From Herbaspirillum sp. (GTDB lineage: Bacteria; Pseudomonadota; Gammaproteobacteria; Burkholderiales; Burkholderiaceae_D), in the NCBI GenBank assembly GCA_049278475.1, contig JBAPMF010000004.1, forward strand, positions 2,560-66,559: a DNA stretch of 64,000 bases. The letters run 5' to 3'. Positions 45,345 through 53,502 of this stretch are shown here, piece after piece (the stretch's first letter is position 1; each line of letters opens with the position of its first letter). The translations under genes were made by a program, and so were the position numbers. The notes below the pieces were generated by a model. That model did no database searches and was not told the DNA's origin. It saw nothing but the letters and a program-made list of their open reading frames with translations.

Positions 45345-45446
45345 AGCTCATTAACGGCGGTTTGAATGCCTGAGGTTTTGGGTAAAAACCAAAGTTATAA
45401 GCACTGGGACCCGGATTGATCGGCTTCGAATCTTAGGAGAATTAGC

Positions 45447-46535
45447 ATGCCATCCATCATTAATACCAATCTTCCGTCGCTGAACACACAACGCAGCCTG
45501 AACGCCTCGCAAGGGTCGTTGAATACTGCGATTCAACGTTTGTCTTCCGGCCTGCGCGTCAACAGCTCGAGGGACGATGCTGCGGGTCTGGCAATTGCCG
45601 ACCGCATGAATACACAGGTCAAAGGTATGATCGTTGGACAGCGTAATGCCAACGATGGTATTTCTCTTGCGCAAACCGCTGAAGGCGCACTAAGCAGTGT
45701 TACCAACAACCTGCAACGCATGCGCGAACTGGCAGTTCAGGCAGCAAACGGCTCAAACAGCACCCGGGATCGCAAGACCCTCAATGACGAATACAGGCAA
45801 TTGTCGTCCGAAGTCTTCCGCGTTCTGAACAGCACCCAGTTCAATGGCCTGAACCTGTTCACCGGCATCGGCACCGGCGCCAGCGCCGGCGTAAGCTCCG
45901 ATGCGGCTAACGTTTCTGCTTCGCTGACAATGACGTTCCAGGTTGGCCCCAATGTTGTCGACAACAAGCTGGTAGACCAGATCAGCATCTCGCTGCTCGA
46001 CCTGTCCAACAGCCAAACAATTGCCAACGTCGTCGGCACTAGCGCTCCTAGTCTGATCGGCATAGGTGACACCACACAGGTTGACATCGCCCAAGCCAAC
46101 TTGACATCGGCCAAAATTGCTCTGGACGAATTGTTTACAAGCAGTTCGACAATGACCGACCAGGAACTGGCTTCGTCGGCAGTGCTGCTGCAGTCCAGCA
46201 TCGACTCGGCGCAGCTGTCCCTGGACGAAGCAATTGCCGATCCAGTAGCACAAAGCGGTGCGCAAAAGGCGATCAAGAACCTGGACCAGGCAATCAGCCT
46301 GATCTCGTCCCAACGTGCAGAGCTCGGCGCCATGCAGAACCGTTTCATCGCCGTGATCAACAACCTGCAGATTTCGGGCGAAAACATCACCTCGGCACGC
46401 AGCCGTATCATGGATACCGACTATGCTGAAGAAACTGCGAACCTTACACGTGGACAGATTCTGCAACAAGCAGGTATCGCGATGCTGGCACAAGCGAACG
46501 CTGCGCCGCAAACCGTCCTGGCATTGTTGAAATAA
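45447..46535 (+). CDS. fliC: Flagellin
   Basis: N-terminal D0/D1 MPSIINTNLPSLNTQRSLNASQGSLNTAIQRLSSGLRVNSSRDDAAGLAIADRM and C-terminal ANLTRGQILQQAGIAMLAQANAAPQTVLALLK. 362 aa with a short Ser/Thr/Ala-rich central region. Confidence 0.95.
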   Translation: MPSIINTNLPSLNTQRSLNASQGSLNTAIQRLSSGLRVNSSRDDAAGLAIADRMNTQVKGMIVGQRNANDGISLAQTAEGALSSVTNNLQRMRELAVQAANGSNSTRDRKTLNDEYRQLSSEVFRVLNSTQFNGLNLFTGIGTGASAGVSSDAANVSASLTMTFQVGPNVVDNKLVDQISISLLDLSNSQTIANVVGTSAPSLIGIGDTTQVDIAQANLTSAKIALDELFTSSSTMTDQELASSAVLLQSSIDSAQLSLDEAIADPVAQSGAQKAIKNLDQAISLISSQRAELGAMQNRFIAVINNLQISGENITSARSRIMDTDYAEETANLTRGQILQQAGIAMLAQANAAPQTVLALLK

Positions 46536-46562
46536 GCCTGGAATCTAAGCATGCAGGATGAG

Positions 46563-46605
46563 GCGCGGGGAATATGTATGCGTATGTATCTCCCGCGCTT
46601 TTTTT
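46563..46605 (+). terminator. Intrinsic terminator after fliC
   Basis: GC-rich stem GCGCGGG(G) / (U)CCCGCGC followed by TTTTTTT. The loop is relatively long (~20 nt). It lies 28 nt after the fliC stop and 17 nt before the flaG ATG. Confidence 0.7.
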
Positions 46606-46622
46606 GAAAAAGGAATAAGATC

Positions 46623-46994
46623 ATGTCGATTTCCGCACTCCCACTTGATATTACTGCGGCCGGCAATTCTGGTTCTCCTAGACCGATGCAGCCTATATAT
46701 CATCCTCCAACGGTATCAACTCTGCCATGGCCCCCTCCAGTGATAGGAACGTTGCCATTATTCCCCCCCTCCGAGAACGATACCGCATCTACTGTCGACA
46801 AATTGAACAAATTCGTAAGCCAGAATGCCCCTAGCATCACCTTTTCGCAGGACGACGATAGTGGCAAGACGATTATCAAGGTCATTGATACGACAGACAA
46901 CACGGTCTTGCGCCAGATTCCCAGTCAGGAAGCGCTTCACATCGCTAAATCGCTCGACAAGCTGCAAGGCTGGCTGGTCAACCAAAAAGCCTGA
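46623..46994 (+). CDS. flaG: Flagellar protein FlaG
   Basis: 123 aa. The C-terminal block FSQDDDSGKTIIKVIDTTDNTVLRQIPSQEALHIAKSL is typical of the FlaG family. It sits between fliC and fliD. Confidence 0.8.
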   Translation: MSISALPLDITAAGNSGSPRPMQPIYHPPTVSTLPWPPPVIGTLPLFPPSENDTASTVDKLNKFVSQNAPSITFSQDDDSGKTIIKVIDTTDNTVLRQIPSQEALHIAKSLDKLQGWLVNQKA

Positions 46995-47019
46995 GCCTGA
47001 TATGAACTGCCGACACGAT

Positions 47020-47054
47020 ATTGCATGCGCAAACAAAATATTTGCGCATGCAAT
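47020..47054 (+). other. Perfect 14-bp-stem hairpin between flaG and fliD
   Basis: ATTGCATGCGCAAA-CAAAATA-TTTGCGCATGCAAT has no mismatches. It starts 26 nt after the flaG stop. It is not followed by a T-tract. Confidence 0.6.
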
Positions 47055-47146
47055 CTCTCGTTTCGGTGCCTGGACAATTCAGCACCCGTCACTCAGCCCA
47101 CGGAAATCAATGCATCGTATTACTATCTAGAAAACAGGAGAGCCGT

Positions 47147-49195
47147 ATGGCCACTTCCACTGGAACGATCACCACATCAGCAGGCCCTCTTGATGTCGCC
47201 ACTCTCGTCTCGAAGCTGATGGACAGCGAACGCACCATGCTGAACCCGCTGACGAAGCAGGCCAGCAGCTACAATACTCTGATTTCCGCCTATGGCAGTC
47301 TGAAAAATGCTCTCTCTACCTATCAAAGCGCGCTGAATGATTTAACGGCAGCGAGCTTCAGTTCGCAGAAAGCCAGCGTATCCAATACAGGCACGGGCGC
47401 GATGCTCACCACAGATCCATTTACCGCGAACGTCAACAGCACCGACTCGACCACAGCGCTGACACAAATCATCCAGTCCGCAGGTTTTCCAGACTCCCAA
47501 ACATTTAATGCCGGCGATACGCTGGCAATCAAGGTCGGTACGAATTCACCGAGATTTATCACCCTGCAGGAAAATGCAACACTGGCAGGCGTGCGCGATG
47601 CCATCAACGCAGCAAAAGCCGACGTGACCGCCAGCATCACAACCGACGACAGCGGCGACCATCTGGTCCTGGAGTCCAATGCGGCCGGCACGGCCAACAC
47701 CATCAAGGTACAAGCCAACAACAGCCTGTCCTCCCTGGCCTACGACCCGGCCAACCCGACGTCTGGCACGGTCACGCAAATCCAGGCGCCGCGCGATGCG
47801 ACGGCGGCTGCTTCGGGAAACTATACGGTCGCCATATCGCAACTGGCGCAAGCCCAGAAAATCACGTCAGCCGGCTTTGCCTCTGACGCCACGTTCAACT
47901 CCGGCTTGCTGGCGATCAAGACCAGCAAAGGCTCCACCGCCATCATCAACCCCACAACCAACACCTTGGCAGGCGTGCGCGATGCCATCAATACCAGCAG
48001 TGCCGGCGTCAATGCAACAATCATCAGTAATGGCCCCGCCGCATATCTGGTGATAGCAGCCAAAGATAGCGGAGCTGACAACTTGATCCGCGTCACTGGG
48101 ACAGGTGATTATTCCTCCCTGGCTTTTGATCCAAGCGGACAATATACTTCGCCCAGCGTCACGCCCGACCAGACATTCGACACCGGCGGGCTGGTTCTAA
48201 ATGTCGGCGGCATAACAACCAGCATCGCGCTGGGCGACACCAGCCAGACCTTGGCAGATGTTCGTGACGCCATCAATACCGCCAATGCCGGCGTGACTGC
48301 CGACATCACCAACGACGGCACCAACGATCATCTGGTACTGACCCCTTCCGGCACCGGCGCGACCAGCCCTGTCTCGTTGAGCGGCACAGGTGATTTCTCG
48401 ATACTGAGCGGCAGCATCATGGGCCAATTGCAGACTGCCCAGGATGCCAAACTAAGTATCGATGGCATCAGCATCACCAGCGCCACAAACAAGATCGCCA
48501 ACGCGATTTCCGGCGTAACGCTGAACCTGAGCAAGGTCACAACCGCCGCCGACAATGTGATGCTGAACATTACCAATGACACCAGCGGCGTCATCAGCGC
48601 AGCGAACACCTTCGTTTCGGCATACAACGCACTGCTCAAAACAATCACTGGCCTGACCCAGCAAACGCCATCGACGATACCCGGCCAACCCGGGAGCTCC
48701 TCCCCATTGGCAAACGAGTCCGCCGTACAAAACATCATGGCGCAATTGCGTATAGCCCTTGTACGTAGTGTGCCAGGCGGCAATGGTATCAGCACCTTAA
48801 CAGATATCGGTATCGGCTTCCAGAAAGATGGCACACTGGGCCTGGATGCGACGAAACTGTCGACGGCAACGACCAATAATTTTGCCGGCATTACGAGCCT
48901 GTTCTTGTCCGATAGCGCTCCCAATACAATGGGCGCGAATGGCATATTGAAAAATTTACAGACGTTGGTCAATAAATTTCTGGCAGACGGCGGTATCATT
49001 GACATCAAGACCAAAGGTTTGCAAGCCAGCCTGAAAATCAATGCCGACCGTCAGATGGCCCTCCAGATGCGTTTGGAAAACCTGCAAGACCAGTATACGA
49101 GGCAATTCAATGCTCTGAATGCAACACTGGTCAACATGACAGCAACGCAAAATTATTTGACGCAGCAACTGGCAAAGTTACCGAAGGTCGACTAA
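47147..49195 (+). CDS. fliD: Flagellar filament cap protein FliD (expanded, 682 aa)
   Basis: ATG 47147 is preceded by AGGAGAG. N-terminus LDVATLVSKLMDSERTMLNPL...YGSLKNAL and C-terminus ...RQFNALNATLVNMTATQNYLTQQL. The central part holds three tandem flagellin-IN-type modules. Confidence 0.9.
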   Translation: MATSTGTITTSAGPLDVATLVSKLMDSERTMLNPLTKQASSYNTLISAYGSLKNALSTYQSALNDLTAASFSSQKASVSNTGTGAMLTTDPFTANVNSTDSTTALTQIIQSAGFPDSQTFNAGDTLAIKVGTNSPRFITLQENATLAGVRDAINAAKADVTASITTDDSGDHLVLESNAAGTANTIKVQANNSLSSLAYDPANPTSGTVTQIQAPRDATAAASGNYTVAISQLAQAQKITSAGFASDATFNSGLLAIKTSKGSTAIINPTTNTLAGVRDAINTSSAGVNATIISNGPAAYLVIAAKDSGADNLIRVTGTGDYSSLAFDPSGQYTSPSVTPDQTFDTGGLVLNVGGITTSIALGDTSQTLADVRDAINTANAGVTADITNDGTNDHLVLTPSGTGATSPVSLSGTGDFSILSGSIMGQLQTAQDAKLSIDGISITSATNKIANAISGVTLNLSKVTTAADNVMLNITNDTSGVISAANTFVSAYNALLKTITGLTQQTPSTIPGQPGSSSPLANESAVQNIMAQLRIALVRSVPGGNGISTLTDIGIGFQKDGTLGLDATKLSTATTNNFAGITSLFLSDSAPNTMGANGILKNLQTLVNKFLADGGIIDIKTKGLQASLKINADRQMALQMRLENLQDQYTRQFNALNATLVNMTATQNYLTQQLAKLPKVD

Positions 49196-49223
49196 TTGCC
49201 ATGATCGAACACAGGAGACGTGA

Positions 49224-49628
49224 ATGTTCGGAAGCACGCAGCTTGGGGCAAATGCCTACGCAAATATCGGTGTAGAGACCGGTGTTGCCGCAGTAAGTCC
49301 GCACAAACTCATCACCATGCTGTTTGATGGCGCCCTGATAGCGATCTCCATGGGCGAAAAATATATGAAGGCTGGTGATATCAAGAAAAAAGGCGAATCA
49401 ATCACCCAGGCAATTCTCATCATCGAGGGTGGCCTGCGCACCAGCCTGGACAAGAGTGCCGGCGGTGAGATCGCTTCGAATCTGGATGCGCTTTACGAAT
49501 ATATGGGACGACGCTTGCTGGTTGCCAATGTCGAGAATTCGACAAGCATTCTGAAAGAAGTCCACGATCTGCTGGACGACCTGAGAGACGCCTGGCGAAC
49601 AATTGGTCTGGATGGCGCTGATCGATGA
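49224..49628 (+). CDS. fliS: Flagellar export chaperone FliS
   Basis: 134 aa. YANIGVETGVAAVSPHKLITMLFDGAL...A..II.GL..SLD...GGEIA.NL..LYEYM is canonical FliS. Confidence 0.9.
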   Translation: MFGSTQLGANAYANIGVETGVAAVSPHKLITMLFDGALIAISMGEKYMKAGDIKKKGESITQAILIIEGGLRTSLDKSAGGEIASNLDALYEYMGRRLLVANVENSTSILKEVHDLLDDLRDAWRTIGLDGADR

Positions 49629-49682
49629 AAACAGCCGCCTGAGCCGGCACCCGGTCTGACAAGTGTCAGAGAAAGTACAAGC

Positions 49683-50015
49683 ATGGATGCTACAGAAGTC
49701 ATCTCTCTATATGAATCGGTTGCCGAGCTGACTGATCAGATGCTGGCAGCTGCGCGCCGGGAAGAGTGGCAGTTGCTCTCAAAACTCGAAATGGATTGCA
49801 CGCATATCGTCGCCATGTTGAAAAAGAATGAGGCCGGCGTCATGCTGACCGATGACCGCCGTGAACGTAAAATCGAAATCCTGAAGAAAATTCTGGAAGA
49901 TAGCAACGATATTCGCAATCTGGCCGACCCCGGCCTAAAGAAACTTTCCGCCCTGATCCAGAACACCAGCGCCAATCGCAAACTGGTCAAAGCCTATGGC
50001 ATATCAACAAGGTGA
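49683..50015 (+). CDS. fliT: Flagellar chaperone FliT (probable)
   Basis: 110-aa helical protein directly after fliS. LYESVAELTDQMLAAARREEWQLLSKLE is FliT-like. Confidence 0.65.
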   Translation: MDATEVISLYESVAELTDQMLAAARREEWQLLSKLEMDCTHIVAMLKKNEAGVMLTDDRRERKIEILKKILEDSNDIRNLADPGLKKLSALIQNTSANRKLVKAYGISTR

Positions 50016-51260
50016 GTGATGATACCGCGGGCCGACATCGCCAACACGGTCCAGCCCGTCGCTACCGTCGAGGCGCCGACCTCGATCGTTTCGGTCGCCG
50101 ACGCAAAGCAGGAGGCTTTCAGCCGTCTGGCGCAAATCGCCATCGGACAACAATTACAAGGCAAGGTACTGTCCACCTACAACGATGGTAGCCATCTGGT
50201 TCGCATTGCCAATACGGTCGCGCGGATGGTGCTGCCGGCTGCAACCAAAACCGGCGACTCCCTGCTGCTGACGATGATCAGCAAAGAACCGCGCCCGACT
50301 TTCCTGCTGACCGAAACCGTCCTAAAAAAAGAAAGCTCCAACACCTCCTCCAGCCTCTCCGTCCGAATGATGGAGCAAGACCTGCAGTTGCTAAAATCAG
50401 CATCACAAGGTCTGCAAACCGTAGTCGGACGCAATCTGCCGACCTTGCTGGTGTACATCCTCACAGCATCACAAGGTCAACAAACCGTGGTCGGGCGCCA
50501 TGCGCAGCTGACCGAAACCAGGGCTGACGCCAAAACGCCACAGCAAGGACCGGGCGCAGCCCCGGCAAGTAGCCAAACATCCCTTAGTGCGGCCGGAAAA
50601 CTGATCGATACCCTGTTGCATACGTCTGAAAAAAGCCATTTACCCGGCACGATCAAACCTGATACGCCACTGGTCGACAAACCCAGCAACACCGTCCAGC
50701 TCGCCAGAGCACTGCACGACACCATCACCCTGAGCGGCACCTTCTATGAAGCGCACGTCGCTGCATGGAGCGAAGGCAAACGGCCGCTCTCCGAACTTCA
50801 GAAAGAGCCACAGGCGCAACTGACCCAGCAAGCACAGGCAAACAACACCCAAAATTTACTCAAAAGCAGCACTCCCTCCCATACCCCGCTCGGTCAGATC
50901 ATTCATCTCCAAATCAATGCCCTGGAGCAACAACGCATCGTCTGGCATGGAGAAGCATGGCCAGGACAGCAAATGGAGTGGGAAATTAGTCAGGATTCAT
51001 CCGAAACGCCGCAGGAAGAAAAACAGGAAAACAACGCCCCCCCAGGCTGGCATAGCGTGGTCCGTTTCAATTTTGCTCATCTGGGCAGTGTGTCCGCTTC
51101 GATACGCCTGATCGGCCAGCAGATACATATACACCTACGCACCGACAACGACGTCACGGCGGCAACCTTGCGCGCCAACAGCAGCATGCTGCTGGACGCC
51201 ATGGTCGCCGCTGGTTCGCCGCTCGACTCCTTGATCGTGAAGCAGGATGGACAAACCTGA
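50016..51260 (+). CDS. fliK: Flagellar hook-length control protein FliK-like
   Basis: Low-complexity Ser/Thr/Gln/Pro-rich central ruler. The C-terminal Flg_hook-type domain reads WHGEAWPGQQMEWEI...VRFNFAHLGSVSASIRLIGQQIHIHLRTDNDVTAATLRANSSMLLDAMVAAG. Start is GTG 50016 or ATG 50019. Confidence 0.75.
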   Translation: MMIPRADIANTVQPVATVEAPTSIVSVADAKQEAFSRLAQIAIGQQLQGKVLSTYNDGSHLVRIANTVARMVLPAATKTGDSLLLTMISKEPRPTFLLTETVLKKESSNTSSSLSVRMMEQDLQLLKSASQGLQTVVGRNLPTLLVYILTASQGQQTVVGRHAQLTETRADAKTPQQGPGAAPASSQTSLSAAGKLIDTLLHTSEKSHLPGTIKPDTPLVDKPSNTVQLARALHDTITLSGTFYEAHVAAWSEGKRPLSELQKEPQAQLTQQAQANNTQNLLKSSTPSHTPLGQIIHLQINALEQQRIVWHGEAWPGQQMEWEISQDSSETPQEEKQENNAPPGWHSVVRFNFAHLGSVSASIRLIGQQIHIHLRTDNDVTAATLRANSSMLLDAMVAAGSPLDSLIVKQDGQT

Positions 51261-51534
51261 CCCCCCCCCTCAAAACGCCGTCGCACTGGCCTACGATACC
51301 AGTCAGGCAGCCCCCCGGGTCGTCGCCAAGGGAAGCGGACTGCTGGCCGAAGCCATCATTGCGCGAGCCAGGGAAAGCGGCGTTTTCATTCACGAATCGA
51401 AGGAACTGGTTGCACTGCTGATGCAGGTCGATCTTGACCAGCAAATCCCACCCGCCCTCTATCGGGTGGTCGCGGAACTTCTCGCCTGGTTGTACCACAT
51501 TGAAAGTATGCAATTGAATCACCGTGATGTATGA
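51247..51534 (+). CDS. Stand-alone FlhB C-terminal-domain protein (FhlB/YlqH-like, EscU/YscU/HrcU switch-domain family)
   Basis: 95 aa. AVALAYDTSQAAPRVVAKGSGLLAEAIIARARESGVFIHESKELVALLMQVDLDQQIPPALYRVVAELLAWLY aligns with the FlhB segment that follows the NPTH autocleavage site. There is no NPTH motif and no TM domain. It overlaps the fliK 3' end by 14 nt. Confidence 0.8.
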   Translation: MDKPDPPPQNAVALAYDTSQAAPRVVAKGSGLLAEAIIARARESGVFIHESKELVALLMQVDLDQQIPPALYRVVAELLAWLYHIESMQLNHRDV

Positions 51535-51610
51535 TGTGGAAGAATTTTTCCTGAAATCCCACCAAACCGGAGCGGAAGTTGGATTCACCCCTTTGAAATA
51601 GGTAATACAG

Positions 51611-52342
51611 ATGACAGACGACGACAAATTTCAGGACGATAGCCCGTTTCGGGTATATTCGAAACTGGAGATCTTGTCCTTGCTTACCGGCATGATGAAA
51701 CGTAATCAACTACTGAGCATGTCCATCAAAGGCGGCTCTGAATCTGCTATTACGTCGATTCTGAACATTGACAACGACGACCTCATCCTCGACGCCGCGC
51801 CAAACACTGAATTCAACGACCACATCCTGCACAGCAAACGCATTGGCTTTGAGGCGCTCCACAATAATGTTCGCATCATCTTCAACGTCGACAAGGCGCA
51901 TCAATGCGTACACCAGGGGCGTCCTGCGCTCCAGATCAAAATCCCGGGGAGCCTGTTACGCCTGCAACGCCGCGAATATTTCCGCATTGCCGCACCAGTC
52001 AACAAGCCGTTGCGCTGTCTATTCCACGTCAACGGCAAGACGATCGTGACGAAACTCAATAACATCAGCACTGGCGGCATCAGCGTGACCGATGAAAACA
52101 AACTGCTCAACCTGGAGCGGGGCCATATCTACGAAGACTGTTTGCTTGAAATGACCGGCGACTCCAGCGTGAGCATCAACTTGAAAATCCGCGATTGCCA
52201 TAGAGTCGAACAGGCCTCCGGCAAGGCCGTCCATCGCTTGGGCTGCGAATTCATCAATGTTCCGCACGCCACTATGACGAAGATCCAACGCTTCATCATC
52301 AAGCTGGAACGCGAACAAAACGCCAAAGCCTCCAGCGAGTAA
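51611..52342 (+). CDS. ycgR: Flagellar brake protein YcgR (PilZN + PilZ, c-di-GMP binding)
   Basis: c-di-GMP motifs RxxxR (LQRREYFRI) and D/NxSxxG (NNISTGGISV). The N-terminal YcgR-type domain is present. 243 aa. Confidence 0.85.
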   Translation: MTDDDKFQDDSPFRVYSKLEILSLLTGMMKRNQLLSMSIKGGSESAITSILNIDNDDLILDAAPNTEFNDHILHSKRIGFEALHNNVRIIFNVDKAHQCVHQGRPALQIKIPGSLLRLQRREYFRIAAPVNKPLRCLFHVNGKTIVTKLNNISTGGISVTDENKLLNLERGHIYEDCLLEMTGDSSVSINLKIRDCHRVEQASGKAVHRLGCEFINVPHATMTKIQRFIIKLEREQNAKASSE

Positions 52343-52447
52343 GCAACGACCAGAGCGGGCCAGCGTCAGAGAGTCCGCATTTTCCCATCCTGCTTCTCAA
52401 TTCAGCCCCAGCCAGGATGAGCGGTGCAGCTTTGCCACCGCCCGCGC

Positions 52448-53452
52448 TTATTCCCTGTGATAGCCAGTAACCCGCTCGACTTCGTTTTTCGAACCGAGGA
52501 AGACTGCGACGCGCTGGTGCAGCTTTTCCGGCTGGATGTCGAGGATACGCTGGTCGCCGCTGGTCGCGGCGCCACCGGCCTGCTCGACGATGAAAGCCAT
52601 CGGATTGGCTTCGTACATGAGACGTAATCTGCCCGGCTTGCCCGGTTCACGCGCATCGGCCGGGTACATGAAGATACCGCCACGGTTCAGGATGCGGTGT
52701 ACATCAGCTACCATCGAGGCGATCCAGCGCATGTTGAAGTCCTTGCCGCGCGGACCGGTAGAACCGGCCAGCAGTTCATCGACATAACGCTTGACCGGTG
52801 GGTACCAGTGGCGCACATTGGAGGCATTGATCGCAAACTCCCTGGTGTCAACCGGAATCTGCATGTCGCGCTGGGTCAGCACCCAGGCGCCCATCTCGAG
52901 ATCCAGTGTGAAGCAATGCACGCCATTGCCAGTGGTCAGCACCAGCACGGTTTGCGGACCGTAGATAGCATAACCGGCAGCGACCTGCCTGACGCCTGCT
53001 TGCAGAAAGTCCTGTTCTGATGGCGTGATCATGCCTTCGGGCGCCTTCAGCACAGAAAAGATGGTGCCGATGGAAACGTTGACATCGATGTTGCTGGAAC
53101 CGTCCAGCGGGTCGAACATCAACAGGTATTCACCCTTGGGATAACGGTTGGGAATCAGGTGGATGGTTTCCATTTCTTCCGATGCCATACCAGCCAGGTG
53201 GCCGCCCCATTCATTGGCTTCAAGCAGGATTTCGTTGGAGATAATGTCCAGCTTTTTCTGTATTTCGCCCTGCACGTTCTCACTGCCGACGCTGCCCAAT
53301 ACATCCCCCAGCGCGCCCTTGCCGACGGCGTGGCTGATACTTTTGCAGGCGCGGCCGACGACTTCGATCAGCAAGCGCAATTCGGAAGGAATCCTGTTGT
53401 GCAGACGTTGCTGCTCGATCAGGTGTTGGGTCAAGCTGATGCGTTTGGTCAT
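52448..53452 (-). CDS. fbp: Fructose-1,6-bisphosphatase class 1
   Basis: ORF trimmed to ATG 53452 ([15 protein letters not shown]). [20 protein letters not shown], the GGIFMYP segment and [19 protein letters not shown] are canonical FBPase I. Confidence 0.95.
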   Translation of the reverse strand: MTKRISLTQHLIEQQRLHNRIPSELRLLIEVVGRACKSISHAVGKGALGDVLGSVGSENVQGEIQKKLDIISNEILLEANEWGGHLAGMASEEMETIHLIPNRYPKGEYLLMFDPLDGSSNIDVNVSIGTIFSVLKAPEGMITPSEQDFLQAGVRQVAAGYAIYGPQTVLVLTTGNGVHCFTLDLEMGAWVLTQRDMQIPVDTREFAINASNVRHWYPPVKRYVDELLAGSTGPRGKDFNMRWIASMVADVHRILNRGGIFMYPADAREPGKPGRLRLMYEANPMAFIVEQAGGAATSGDQRILDIQPEKLHQRVAVFLGSKNEVERVTGYHRE

Positions 53453-53502
53453 GATGCTCTTTCTAAAAAATCCCATCCTGTCTGTTCTTGTTCGTGCCAT
53501 AT

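Noticed and set aside
43127-49041. Minus-strand ORFs inside the TPR-GT9 gene (43127..43999), fliC (45737..46411, 45753..46511) and fliD (48328..49041)
   Set aside because: They sit opposite well-supported genes. The repetitive Ala/Thr/Ser/Gly coding of flagellar proteins suppresses stop codons in other frames.
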